In this document: positions 42,079 through 52,367 of the stretch, piece by piece | Numbering within the stretch: the first letter of the stretch is position 1 | Layout of the letters: each line of letters begins with the position of its first letter | Source of the DNA: Wickerhamiella versatilis | Lineage: Eukaryota | Assembly: GCA_030867685.1 (NCBI GenBank) | Contig: JAQOWU010000008.1 | Location: forward strand, 2,542,001 to 2,606,000 | Length of the DNA stretch: 64,000 nt | Reading direction: 5' to 3' | The notes under the pieces: generated by a model | What the model was told of the DNA's origin: nothing | Database searches by the model: none | Seen by the model: only the letters and a program-made list of their open reading frames with translations | Made by a program: the position numbers and the translations under genes

Positions 42079-42225
42079 TTACTTTTGTCCTCGGTTTTCC
42101 TGCACAAGTTCAAGCAAGCTCGGCTCTTTATCCTTGAGCTCATACTGCTTGAACGCTACCAGTCCCAATGCTACAGCAACGGCGGGATCAGCCCATTTGG
42201 AAATCAGATGCTTGTAGGGCGCCAT
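42079..42225 (-). CDS. NCE101: Nce101-family small membrane protein (48 aa; absent from ORF track)
   Basis: My translation MAPYKHLISKWADPAVAVALGLVAFKQYELKDKEPSLLELVQENRGQK matches the Nce101 pattern (LxxKxxDP, TM, YE..L.EL). Confidence 0.8.
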   Translation of the reverse strand: MAPYKHLISKWADPAVAVALGLVAFKQYELKDKEPSLLELVQENRGQK

Positions 42226-42294
42226 TACTTTTCTGTTCTAAAAAAGATAAAAACGTTTACATAACCAACGCGTGGATTTAGTTTAAGGGAAGAT

Positions 42295-44163
42295 TTAACT
42301 ATCGCGCATCCTTGATAGCTTTAGTGCAGTCTTCGCCACCACAGGATTATAATGTTGAGAAAGTAAGCTTAGTTCCCATAGGCAAGCGACTTCTGCATTG
42401 GCATGTTCTGGCACATCCGCATCATATCTATATTGTCCGTTTGCAACACGATCACGTGTAGTCGCCAAAGCTTTTGCATATGGGTGCTGCTTCGAGATAT
42501 TTTGGATTAAGTTGAGACTGATCAATGCAGTCCGCTCTGGAAAACTCAATGCACATGTGGCAAGTCTTTTCACAAACGCCAGCGTTCGTGCTCGGCTCAC
42601 ATTTACCCGCTTCATGAATATGCCTTCCAGAGATCTCACAAGCATATCTGTTTCGCTCGAAAGCTTACCCCTGTGGGTACTAGCAAGAGACTTGTGGGAT
42701 TGTTCCACTTGGGGGTCAAGCGACATTCTCGGCAAGGTCATATACAACTTATTTACGAAGTAGCTCAAATCTAAGCCCTTGGCATCCGTGGCTTGAGCTC
42801 CGAGTAATGCAAAAGCTGTCACCACGCAAAGCAGTACTTGTCGGGAAGAGACAGGCCCGCTTTCAGCAATTTCTCGCAATACTTCCAGTAAGTCACCAAA
42901 CAGCTCCACATTGATTAGATGTGCAAATTTCGCCAGTCCTTCTAAAGCTGCACCCATAAGATTCTTAGACCTTACTTTCAAAATATTAAGATATAAGGAA
43001 AGCACCAATTTCAAGGTCTGCGCTTGTAGCTTTTCCCGCATCTCTGCATTTACAACAGTCTCTGCCTTTCGCATTTCCTCCTCTACCTCAAGAGCATCTT
43101 TACGAGCTTTACGTTCACGCCTCGTTAGATGGACTCGATCTTTTCGTCTTCCAGCCAGTTCACCCTGAGGCTTGTCCTTTACGAGTCTCTCAAGATCCGC
43201 ACGGCCCACAAGTTCTGTAAGTAAACGTAAGTGTACAAGTATCCCCAAAACCCGTGAATCCACCTTGTATCGCTTGGATTTAATCATACGGCTCAAGCTT
43301 TGAACAGTTTCCAGTGAAATGAAACCTTCTCTATCTCCATCAAATAGGATTTCGAAGCATTCCAAAATCTGCGAAAACCCATGATCGACCCTTTGGCTGC
43401 CAAGTTTATCTACTAATGCCACAATAAGCTCCAACCGAAAATTGAATTGGGGAGCACTTTCCAGCAACTCACAAGCAACTTTTATTGCAGTAGACCCTAC
43501 TGCATAACGTTTTTTTCCTGCGTCTGGAGTTTTACCCTGCTTGATCGCGCTGCATATCATTCCTACAAATGCCTTGTACTGGCTGAGCAAACGCTGTTCA
43601 AATTCACGAAGCTGTCTGACTTCTTTTGATGCCTTCTCTTTCTGTTGAGCTTCAGTCAAGGGCTTAATACGATAGCCAGGGATTAGACCCTTATAGATTT
43701 CAAGAAGAGACAAAAAGATTAACTGTCGAGTTCGAGCCTTGGTAGAATTTCGCGCAATAGTTAACAAATCACGCAGTTTTATCAAGTGTTCTTCTGGTTC
43801 TGCAGCCACGAGCTCCGCCATTGCAGCAATTTGTTCCTTCAATTCACTTTCCGAGGGCTCTTTAATCTCCTCCTCTGCCACAGAATCGCCAGTAGGCTCA
43901 TCTTGGGGTTCTACATCAGAGTTCGATTCTGATTCTTCATTAATCTCTTCCGTTTTACCTGGGGCTTTCCTTTGTCTTTGCACCTTTCCGTTGACAATTA
44001 CGGGTAATGCCTCTTCATCTTGCGTCGCACCAAAACTTCTCGGGATATTCTCAAGATCCTCTACCCCATCAAGAACACTCCAGTTCTGCTGCAGTTCCTT
44101 GTCAACATTTTGCTTCTTTCGAGACTTCTCAGCTAACGCTAGCTGTTTTCTCTTTCGAGCCAT
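42295..44163 (-). CDS. NOC3: Nucleolar complex protein Noc3
   Basis: YKGLIPGYRIKPLTE, APQFNFR, LEGLAKFAHLINVELFGDLL, LWELSLLSQHYNP. Confidence 0.95.
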   Translation of the reverse strand: MARKRKQLALAEKSRKKQNVDKELQQNWSVLDGVEDLENIPRSFGATQDEEALPVIVNGKVQRQRKAPGKTEEINEESESNSDVEPQDEPTGDSVAEEEIKEPSESELKEQIAAMAELVAAEPEEHLIKLRDLLTIARNSTKARTRQLIFLSLLEIYKGLIPGYRIKPLTEAQQKEKASKEVRQLREFEQRLLSQYKAFVGMICSAIKQGKTPDAGKKRYAVGSTAIKVACELLESAPQFNFRLELIVALVDKLGSQRVDHGFSQILECFEILFDGDREGFISLETVQSLSRMIKSKRYKVDSRVLGILVHLRLLTELVGRADLERLVKDKPQGELAGRRKDRVHLTRRERKARKDALEVEEEMRKAETVVNAEMREKLQAQTLKLVLSLYLNILKVRSKNLMGAALEGLAKFAHLINVELFGDLLEVLREIAESGPVSSRQVLLCVVTAFALLGAQATDAKGLDLSYFVNKLYMTLPRMSLDPQVEQSHKSLASTHRGKLSSETDMLVRSLEGIFMKRVNVSRARTLAFVKRLATCALSFPERTALISLNLIQNISKQHPYAKALATTRDRVANGQYRYDADVPEHANAEVACLWELSLLSQHYNPVVAKTALKLSRMRDS

Positions 44164-44227
44164 GGTTTTAAAAAATTACGTAATTTCTGGTGCACTTTAC
44201 GGTCACTTTGTGAAGGGCTGTTAAATC

Positions 44228-44827
44228 ATGGCTAAATCCAAGACTAAACAAAAAGATACTGATCATAATGATGATACACCACGTTCGTTCAAGCGTGTAA
44301 TGGACTTCCGTTCGCGCATGGCAAATCCCAGAAATCAACCAGGAAAAGAAAAGAGCCTAAAACAAGACCTTCCTAAAATCAAGCCTGGGGAGTCTCTCAA
44401 AGAATTTAGTCGCCGAATAAATGATACCATTGCAGTTCCTAAATCACGCGGTGTCTCCTCTAAGAGTGCAGAGAAGGTTGCGAAACGCCAAAGATTGAAA
44501 GCAAATAACTTGCGTGCTGAATATCAACAGAAGTGGGACGCTAAACGAAATAAATTAGAGGAGACAGAGGCTGGCACTGATATCTGGATGCCTGAGAAGG
44601 ATGATGAAGATCCATGGGCAGCGTTAAATTCAAGAAAAGAACAAGTAAAATTCGGTGATGTCGCTGATAGACCACCTGAGCTGCCCAGACTTAAAGCAAA
44701 TAAAGGTGTTCCTCGTTCTGCTGGCTCTCTAGCTCGTCGTGAGCTGCTTGAGGAAGAGCGAAGAAGAGTAATATCAAAGTATCGGGAAATGAAGGAGAAA
44801 AAAAGCAGCACAAAGAGCATCGACTAA
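44228..44827 (+). CDS. Basic K/R-rich conserved protein, CCDC137-like (probably nucleolar)
   Basis: DDTPRSFKRVM, KIKPGESLKEFSRRIN, FGDVADRPP, LEEERRRVISKYREMK. Confidence 0.6.
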   Translation: MAKSKTKQKDTDHNDDTPRSFKRVMDFRSRMANPRNQPGKEKSLKQDLPKIKPGESLKEFSRRINDTIAVPKSRGVSSKSAEKVAKRQRLKANNLRAEYQQKWDAKRNKLEETEAGTDIWMPEKDDEDPWAALNSRKEQVKFGDVADRPPELPRLKANKGVPRSAGSLARRELLEEERRRVISKYREMKEKKSSTKSID

Positions 44828-45113
44828 TGAAAAAGCCATTGGTGAGAATTTTTTTCTATCAGAAACGAAATTAAAGGCGATCAATAAATGAATGGCACGC
44901 GGGCTTCAGCGTGCATCTGTATTTAGATAGGTTTGACCTATTGCGATTCATCCAATTCTTTGAGGAAAAAAAAGCAATGAACATTTGGAATTTCTTGCAT
45001 TTATTTTAATTCAGCAGTCAGCGTGCGTTTCTATAACATATTAAAACCTAACAGTCTCTGGAAAACTTCATTCTATCATCTGTTTGTCATATCTTATATA
45101 TCAAGGCAGTCAC

Positions 45114-46205
45114 ATGCTTCGATTTGCCAGAATCCGATCGCCTGTGGTCGGTGCATGGAGGTGTTCAAGAACACCTTTACCACTTTGCTTTCGTAGATGG
45201 AATACCCAGTTGCCTGATTCAACTGATAAGTCGAAAGACCTTTTGTCAAACGAACTGCAAAACCGAATCCCGAAGTTTCCTCTGCATAAAGATTTGGCGC
45301 CTACTCTAATACCAAAGTCTGATACTCCTCGCGTTGGTCCTAACATGAGCTTCAAGCAGCTTGTCGAACGCCTAGCAAATAGCAAAACCCCGGAGCTGAT
45401 CTATATGGCAGAATCTCACCGGCTTTACTTCATTGCATGTTTTGCCCTAGCATTTATAGGTGCGTACAACTTGTTTGATATGCTTGATCAAGCAGTGCCG
45501 GTCATAATCAAGAGCTTCCAGGAAAATGATCTGGAGGGCCAGCCCATAGAGAACCTCGCTCAGCTCATTAGAAGATTTGGCATTGTAGGTTTGATGTGCA
45601 CCGCTTATCTTGTCACCGGTTTATTTTTCGCTACATTTCCATCTCGATTGGTTCGTCGTATTGAGTTTGTTCCACATGACAAGGGATCTCTTATCCGCCT
45701 TGTTACCCATCCGTGGATCCCAGGAAGACCCTCTCCGGTAATTACTGTTCCAGCTCGCGATCTTAGCATCGGTAACCGCTCCAAGGTATGGACAGGTGAG
45801 GGATTCTATGGTGCTGCCTCTAAGTCCTCTTTCTTCTTCTTCCTCTGGGAAAAGGATCGGCGCTTACCTTGGGTCGTAGATCGAAGTGGATGGTTCTGGG
45901 GAGATGCTAGAGTTTATGACGTTCTGTTTGGTAAGGAACCTGTAGCAGTCGCAGAATTGGGTCTTAGCTATGATGATATGCTTAGTCGAGAGGTATTGGC
46001 AGCAGAAAAGAAAAAAGCGGAGCTTCGTCGAGAACTCGGTCCAGCATGGAGATTCAAAGCATCCAATCAGCTCATGAAAGAGGATGTGATGAGTATAGGA
46101 AAGCGTGGCAAGGCGGCAGTCATGGCGACCCTAGGCAAAGGTGGAAATTCTAAAGAACTACCTGAAGATAAGAAATCTGTACATAAAGACGGCAACGCTA
46201 AGTAG
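45114..46205 (+). CDS. Mitochondrial inner-membrane protein with two TM helices (possibly TMEM223-like)
   Basis: Arg-rich presequence MLRFARIRSP..RRWNT; two hydrophobic segments followed by PSRLVRRIEF. Confidence 0.55.
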   Translation: MLRFARIRSPVVGAWRCSRTPLPLCFRRWNTQLPDSTDKSKDLLSNELQNRIPKFPLHKDLAPTLIPKSDTPRVGPNMSFKQLVERLANSKTPELIYMAESHRLYFIACFALAFIGAYNLFDMLDQAVPVIIKSFQENDLEGQPIENLAQLIRRFGIVGLMCTAYLVTGLFFATFPSRLVRRIEFVPHDKGSLIRLVTHPWIPGRPSPVITVPARDLSIGNRSKVWTGEGFYGAASKSSFFFFLWEKDRRLPWVVDRSGWFWGDARVYDVLFGKEPVAVAELGLSYDDMLSREVLAAEKKKAELRRELGPAWRFKASNQLMKEDVMSIGKRGKAAVMATLGKGGNSKELPEDKKSVHKDGNAK

Positions 46206-46233
46206 GTGATTAACTTTTAAATCTTTCAAAAAA

Positions 46234-47301
46234 CTAGAGATTAGTTGCTCCTTCTCCGAGATAGTAGCCAAGTTTTTCAAGGTAGAGCTTCGCCACTGGC
46301 TCGGCTGCTGAGGTTTTTAATGTCACAACCTGGTGTACTGCCACAGGCTTCGATCTTTTAACCTCAATACTAGAGTTAACATTAAACGGAACAAAGCGCG
46401 TTGGTGCACAGAGTTTGTCGAGGATAGGATCACGAAGAACAGAAGGCTTAGGAGTCTGCGCTAGCAAAGCATCTCGCGTGGCCAACCTGATGGCTTTAGC
46501 AACTGCTTGTGGAACATGTCTATCTGATATGGCATCCAGTGTAAAGCTCTCTGTGAATTTCGGAAGCTCCGGCTGTCCTTTCTCCTCAGCAGAAGTTTCC
46601 ACCTTGGGCTTTTCAGCAACCTTGATTCCCGATAAATCCAAATGCTCCAACTTGTCTAAACGGGCTTTCACCTGTGCCGGCGAATCTTTTGCAATCTTTC
46701 CAAGATATGCGAGCACATCGCCCTTCAGAATACGGCCTTTGGGTCCAGTGCCCCCAATATTTGCTGCTTCATCCTCTTTCAAGCCATTTTCATGCAAGAG
46801 TCGGATAACACTTGGCAGTAAAGTCTCAGGTTGCTTTCCGCTGGCTTTTGGAAGTGAAACCTCAGGGCCGGAAGAAGACTTGGGTTCCTGCTCTGCAGTG
46901 GAAGATGACGGCGATGCTGCTGTCGCCGATTCTTCAGGTCCCGTCGCCTCTGCAACAAGTTTGTCAACATCTACCGCACTAACATCGTCACCAGGTTCGG
47001 CGATCACTGCAATAGGTTTTCCTACCTTTATGCCGCTTTCCCCATCATTCGACAAAATTTTCACGAGTATTCCTTCGTCCTGGGCCTCTACACCAATTTG
47101 AGCTTTATCGGTCTCGACATCAAGTAGCAGATCGCCCGTGGTAAAAGACTGTCCAGGTTTCACCGCCCATTGAGCAATACCTCCTTCCTCCATGGTCGGT
47201 GACATGGCAGGCATTCGGAATACACTCGCTACACGCCTGTAAGCGGATGTGTTAAAGAAACGAAGGGCAGTAGCACAACCGTGGACCCGAACACGAAGCA
47301 T
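46234..47301 (-). CDS. PDX1: Pyruvate dehydrogenase complex protein X (E3-binding)
   Basis: Lipoyl domain MPAMSPTMEEGGI..VETDKAQI; E3-binding LLPSVIRLL..GTGPKGRILKGDVL; no E2 catalytic domain; ATG at 47301. Confidence 0.92.
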   Translation of the reverse strand: MLRVRVHGCATALRFFNTSAYRRVASVFRMPAMSPTMEEGGIAQWAVKPGQSFTTGDLLLDVETDKAQIGVEAQDEGILVKILSNDGESGIKVGKPIAVIAEPGDDVSAVDVDKLVAEATGPEESATAASPSSSTAEQEPKSSSGPEVSLPKASGKQPETLLPSVIRLLHENGLKEDEAANIGGTGPKGRILKGDVLAYLGKIAKDSPAQVKARLDKLEHLDLSGIKVAEKPKVETSAEEKGQPELPKFTESFTLDAISDRHVPQAVAKAIRLATRDALLAQTPKPSVLRDPILDKLCAPTRFVPFNVNSSIEVKRSKPVAVHQVVTLKTSAAEPVAKLYLEKLGYYLGEGATNL

Positions 47302-47539
47302 GGTCCTATCCCGGCTTGGATTACTTAACAATTCAAAGGCCTGCCTTGGGTAGTGGGGAATTGGCAGTGAGACAAGTTATGTTCTGAACAGCTCTTCTGA
47401 AATTATACTGTAGGCTAGGATGAATATTTCGTGCTTAAACGTGTCTTATACTAAGTAGATAGAACTATTGATGAGTTTTAGTGCGTCTCACATCTTTGAC
47501 CTCGACAAATTATTACTTAATATTTTAAAGAAGAAGGCT

Positions 47540-49249
47540 ATGGCCAGTCAGTTGAAAGAAATACTGGCAGACCGGCCTGGGGACCTGTTATTACCAGATG
47601 AGAAGTTAAAGGAAAGTGTCCTCAAGGAGCTGCAGCAGGTTTTGGATCCCGTGGCGAAGTCTTTTTCCCCTCTTGACGGAATCCACACAGATGGTCTTGA
47701 TATAGATCAAGTTTGGCTGCAAGTTCTTATGGTTGTTGATGGGGCAATCGGAAAAATATATAACGATATTGCGGAAATTTTGCCTGATCAGGATTCTGCA
47801 AAGGATAGCGAGTCTGAAGAAGCGTCCGGCTCTGAGGATGAATCACAGTCTGCTGCCGACTCACCACAATCATTGCCTGATTCACCACAGGCGGATGAGG
47901 GAAAAAATTGGCCGCTTGATGAAGAAGTTTCAGAACAGGACGGTTCCCACGACTCTGCTCGAGAAGAAGAAGAAGACGAAGAAGACGAAGAAGAAGAAGA
48001 CAATGCCACTTCCCCATCGGAAACGAATTCAAACATGCCAGAAGATATGAAGGCCCTTCAGTCTGATGGTTTTGACTTAGGTGAATACCAGCAGCACGTA
48101 CTCGCTCTTGAGAATAGTGATAATGAGGATGAGGATATTGATTTCTTTGCGGAGAATCCAGGTCCTGATGATGACGATGATGATGGTGCAGATCTTAAGT
48201 ACGAAGATTTTTTTGGTGCACGCCGCCCTAAGAAGCAGCAAAAAAGAGTATCAAATGATTCTGATGAGGATATTGACCAAGCTGATTATGCTGCTCGTCA
48301 GGACTTATTTGCCAGTGAATCGGAAGAGGAGGAAGAAAATAATCCACAGGAGGGTCTTAGCAAGTTTGAACGTCAGCAACAGGAGCTCGAGCGTCAGATT
48401 CGAGAACTTGAGTCTGAAAATGTCGGTGAAAAGGAATGGGGCATGCGTGGTGAGATACAAGGGACACAGCGGCCAGGGGATTCGCTAATAGATGCAGAGG
48501 TGGAGTTCGAGCGTAATGCCAAGCCGGCACCAGTCATTACTCGGGAGGTTACAGACTCTCTAGAGGAGCTCATTCGTTCTCGTGTGGCAAAAAGGGAGTT
48601 TGACGACTTGCCGAAGCGTTCAACACCCTTGGAACCTCGACAGCGTCCCGAATTGCCGGAACTTAGTGATAGAAAGGCAGAGAATTCACTGGCAGAGCAA
48701 TATGAGCAAGACCATCTCCGTTCATCGAACCCAGAGTACTTTGCAAAACAGGATCGCGATAAATTGGATGTGGCACACAAGGAAGTCGTTGATTTATTTT
48801 CGAATGTGGTAAGAAAGCTCGATGCTCTCTGCTCATGGCATTACACCCCTAAAGCACCGAAACCTTCCCTCGAAATTCGGACTGAGGCACCAGCTATTAC
48901 CATGGAGGAAGCTCAACCCGGGACATTAGCCGCGAATTCCACCATGGCTCCCCAAGAAATCTATCGTCCCGAAGCAACAAGTAAGGAAGACATTATCGGG
49001 CCTAACGGTTTACCAGTTTCTCGATCAGAGATGTCTTCGGAGGATTTACGTCGTCAGAGACGCCGAGAAAAACAGAGGAAGCGCAAATCAGACAAACCTG
49101 AGGCACCAGCTTCAGATAAAAATCAAATGTTCAATCAATTACAGCGAGGAAATGTCAAGGTGGTGGACAAGAAAGGTCGGAAGCGTGATCTGCGCGGAAA
49201 CGTTGTCAAAGACAATCAATCTCAACAAGCAGCATCTATTAAATTATAA
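47540..49249 (+). CDS. MPP10: U3 snoRNP protein Mpp10
   Basis: Acidic N-half; LESENVGEKEWGMRGE, PAPVITREVTDSLEELI, LDALCSWHYTPK, ITMEEAQP; ATG at 47540. Confidence 0.93.
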   Translation: MASQLKEILADRPGDLLLPDEKLKESVLKELQQVLDPVAKSFSPLDGIHTDGLDIDQVWLQVLMVVDGAIGKIYNDIAEILPDQDSAKDSESEEASGSEDESQSAADSPQSLPDSPQADEGKNWPLDEEVSEQDGSHDSAREEEEDEEDEEEEDNATSPSETNSNMPEDMKALQSDGFDLGEYQQHVLALENSDNEDEDIDFFAENPGPDDDDDDGADLKYEDFFGARRPKKQQKRVSNDSDEDIDQADYAARQDLFASESEEEEENNPQEGLSKFERQQQELERQIRELESENVGEKEWGMRGEIQGTQRPGDSLIDAEVEFERNAKPAPVITREVTDSLEELIRSRVAKREFDDLPKRSTPLEPRQRPELPELSDRKAENSLAEQYEQDHLRSSNPEYFAKQDRDKLDVAHKEVVDLFSNVVRKLDALCSWHYTPKAPKPSLEIRTEAPAITMEEAQPGTLAANSTMAPQEIYRPEATSKEDIIGPNGLPVSRSEMSSEDLRRQRRREKQRKRKSDKPEAPASDKNQMFNQLQRGNVKVVDKKGRKRDLRGNVVKDNQSQQAASIKL

Positions 49250-49447
49250 TATGGTTAAGTTCCACATATGGTCTACTTCGGAGCTTGCTTTGTTAAAATA
49301 CCATATAGACACTGGACTGTCTACGATGGGTTTAAAAAAATAAATGAATTAACTAGCACTATTAGTCCTTAATTTCTTGTAAAGCTAAGCTGATCCGAAG
49401 TTTTCATTTGTTTACTAAGTGTGAGAGGGTAAGAGCGGAGCAACAAA

Positions 49448-50854
49448 ATGGAAGATATGCAAATTGTAAAGCGGTTTATACCGCGCCATACGGCTCCTGT
49501 GATCTCATGTCATGTTTGTGGTAAACCTGTTGAGGCTCAAGGACTTACAATGTGTAATGACTGTATTGCTTTACAAGTTGACATCACAGCCGGGTTGCAG
49601 AAGAGTGGCGAATTCACATTCTGTAAGAATTGTGGACGTGTTCAAGTGCCACCTCATCAATGGGTTTATGCTGAGCGTGAATCCCGTGAGCTAATGGCAA
49701 TATTGCTGAAGCGACTGAAAACACAGGACCATAACACCAGGTTTGTGGATGCTCGATATCTGTGGACAGAGCCGCACTCTCGTCGTACTAAGTTGAGAAT
49801 AACGGTTCAGGGAGAAGCAGATAAGTTTGACAATGCCGTCATTCAACAAACTTATGATGTTGAATTCGTAGAACGAACTAACATGTGCCGTGATTGCGCT
49901 AAAAGTTACACTGTGAACACTTGGGTCGCTTCGATCCAGCTGCGACAACGAGTAGACCATAAAAAAACTTTTTTGTGGCTGGAACAACTCATGCTAGTCA
50001 CAAATGCGCATAAAGATACATTAAGCATCGCTGAAAGCCGTGATGGCATTGACTTCTTCTTCGGTCGTACGCAGGACTCTGAGAAGATGCTAGCCTGGCT
50101 TGCACAAAATGTACCTATCCGCTCAAAAAAAAGTGGCCAGTTGATTAGCGAAGACATTCAGAATTCCGCAAAATCTATGAAGTTCACTGTGAGTGTCGAA
50201 ATTGCCCCTATATGTCGCGAGGATCTTGTGGTCCTGCCCAAGTCGTTGGCACGCTCGCATGGTCAGATGCCATTGCTTTGTTTGTGTTATAAGATCAACA
50301 ACTCGGTGCATTTGATAGATCCTAATACTCTCAGAACGACACAGATCAACTCAGCTGAGTACTGGAAACGTCCGTTCAAGTCAGTTGCGAATTCACGGAG
50401 CTTTACTGAGTTTGTTGTGTTGGATATTGAACCGACTGGTCCAGTTAAGGACAGATTCGTACTTGCTGATGCCACGGTCTCGCCAAGTAATGACTTTGAC
50501 GTCCAATACCTCGTGCGTACACATCTAGGCGGAGTACTCCATCCTGGTGATACTGTGGTGGGATATGATCTGACGAATGCCAATTTTAATGACGAGAACT
50601 GGGATCAACTAAAAGCTGAGGAAATACCCGAGTGCATCTTAGTGAAAAAGACTTACCCGGATAAGCCACGGAAGAAGAGGCAGCTCAATCGTATGGCTAA
50701 AGAGTACATTGATGATGAGGAAACTCAAGCTGCGCGTGCAGCTGGCCAGCGGGTTCCTGGGTTCACAAACGACTACGACGAATTTTTGGAGGAGCTTAAT
50801 GAAGATCCAGAACTGATTGAAGAACTAGATAAGTTAGCTATCGAAGATAAGTAG
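49448..50854 (+). CDS. NMD3: 60S export adaptor Nmd3
   Basis: CxxC zinc pairs, WTEPHSRR, QLRQRVDHKKTF, RTHLGGVLHPGD, C-terminal NES-like LIEELDKLAI. Confidence 0.96.
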   Translation: MEDMQIVKRFIPRHTAPVISCHVCGKPVEAQGLTMCNDCIALQVDITAGLQKSGEFTFCKNCGRVQVPPHQWVYAERESRELMAILLKRLKTQDHNTRFVDARYLWTEPHSRRTKLRITVQGEADKFDNAVIQQTYDVEFVERTNMCRDCAKSYTVNTWVASIQLRQRVDHKKTFLWLEQLMLVTNAHKDTLSIAESRDGIDFFFGRTQDSEKMLAWLAQNVPIRSKKSGQLISEDIQNSAKSMKFTVSVEIAPICREDLVVLPKSLARSHGQMPLLCLCYKINNSVHLIDPNTLRTTQINSAEYWKRPFKSVANSRSFTEFVVLDIEPTGPVKDRFVLADATVSPSNDFDVQYLVRTHLGGVLHPGDTVVGYDLTNANFNDENWDQLKAEEIPECILVKKTYPDKPRKKRQLNRMAKEYIDDEETQAARAAGQRVPGFTNDYDEFLEELNEDPELIEELDKLAIEDK

Positions 50855-50942
50855 CCGCTTATCACTCAATAGTCTATAGACCGTAGCAAAGAGAAATCAA
50901 AAAATAAAAATAAATTAAAAAAAGATGAAACTCAAAAATTAA

Positions 50943-51031
50943 CGACAGCGGCAGGATTCGAACCTGCGCGGGCAAAGCCCACAAGATCTCCCGATTCGAG
51001 TCTTACACCTTAACCACTCGGTCACACTGCC
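50943..51031 (-). tRNA. tRNA-Ser(CGA) with 7-nt intron (50988-50994)
   Basis: GGCAGTG/CGCTGTC acceptor, D-arm GACCGAGTGGTTAAGGT, anticodon arm TAAGA-CT-CGA-A[intron]A-TCTTG, long variable arm GGGCTTTGCCC, T-loop TTCGAAT. Confidence 0.93.
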
Positions 51032-51411
51032 AAAGCTCTAAGATTTTTTTTCGGATCAATAGTTTTATGTAGAACCGCGAAACATGAATGGGTCATTCCG
51101 TTCCGTCCATCCTCTAAACGCATGCAAAAATAAGCTGCTTGTGACTTGTGTTATTCAGCAGCTACGAAGAAGTTACAGGTGAAACCCCTTCCCACTCATT
51201 ATTATTTTCTCTTAATCCTTGTTTTAGCAGAACCAGGCGGTCTGTATCTTGGAATGGGATGCAGCGTCACATGTTTTTTATATCTCGCCCGCGGTTTATT
51301 AGTGTGCGTTATGTAACCACCAGGATGGGATAGAATCTTGAATTTTATAATGTTAAATTTGATATCATATCTTGAGAGGTAAGAGCATAATTTGCATCAG
51401 GAAGTGTCATG

Positions 51412-51463
51412 CATATATATATAGCACACGGCATCCACATATACACACACACATATATATATA
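51412..51463. repeat. (AT)n/(AC)n microsatellite patch
   Basis: ATATATATAT..ATACACACACACATATATATAT. Confidence 0.6.
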
Positions 51464-51897
51464 TTAACACCAAAGGATTCTGCATACTGGACTTAATGGA
51501 GCAAATACGAATGTCACATTAACCCTTACTGCGGCGCCATGGAATGAATAAAGTGCAAGATTTACAGGGTGAACTGGTCACGCATCAGGTGTAAAGGATA
51601 CTTTAAATGACAAAGTAAATTAATTCTGCAACGTGCAATCAAAATCTTTTATATATGGCATCGAAAACAAGGGATATCTCAGCTCTTGTCGATCCATCTT
51701 TGAGGGGAGAGATCGCCACTCGCAAGACGCACATTACTCTCTACAATTATAAATTCGACGGTTAAGTTAGTACCAAGACAAGCGGTAAAAAACATAGAGA
51801 AAGGATGTGAGAGACTGCTACCTATGACTTGATGTAGCCTGAGTGGGCTAAAATTTACAGGTCATATAATATAGTATATCGAGCTAAACTATAACAC

Positions 51898-51969
51898 GGC
51901 CGAATGGTCTAGTAGTATGATACTCGCTTTGGGTGCGAGTGGTCCTGGGTTCAATTCCCAGTTCGGCCC
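51898..51969 (+). tRNA. tRNA-Pro(TGG), intronless
   Basis: GGCCGAA/TTCGGCC acceptor, CTCGC-TT-TGG-GT-GCGAG anticodon arm, GGTTCAATTCC; oligo-T Pol III terminator immediately downstream. Confidence 0.93.
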
Positions 51970-52139
51970 TTTTTTTGGTGGATATTTCAATGTCCATAAT
52001 TTTTTTTATTCCTGGAACTTTAACAAATAAGTCAGTATACAGACTTGGGAAGTGGTTATAGTGCAGCACGGTCTCTCAATGCGACAGACGAATGGATTAC
52101 TCTCCGCGGAGACCCGATGAATAATTACGGATGCAAGCA

Positions 52140-52367
52140 GATAAGCATAAGACAATAGGGTCTTTTAGGTTGATGGTACATCGAGGCACCTGAGAAGGGC
52201 ACTAATTCCTCACATTGGCTTTTGATAAGGATTCTGTATTTGTTGCGAGAAAAAGGTGCGAGAGTACCGTTGGAATACAATGAGTAACAGCGTAGTAACA
52301 ATCGACCGCGGAGGTCTTTGATATACTAATGAGACAGACAAGTGAAGGATGGAGTAAGTATCTTATC
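52140..52367. promoter_or_regulatory. GATA-factor (nitrogen catabolite repression) site cluster upstream of DUR3
   Basis: GATAAG at 52140 and 52224, CTTATC at 52362. Confidence 0.55.

Noticed and set aside
46415-47101. 228-aa ORF antisense to PDX1 (and similar antisense ORFs across the window)
   Set aside because: Non-ATG starts, S/F/L-rich composition typical of antisense shadows
51032-51897. AT-rich gap between two tRNA genes as a possible LTR or centromere
   Set aside because: No TG..CA LTR boundaries, target duplication or CDE-like elements recognisable
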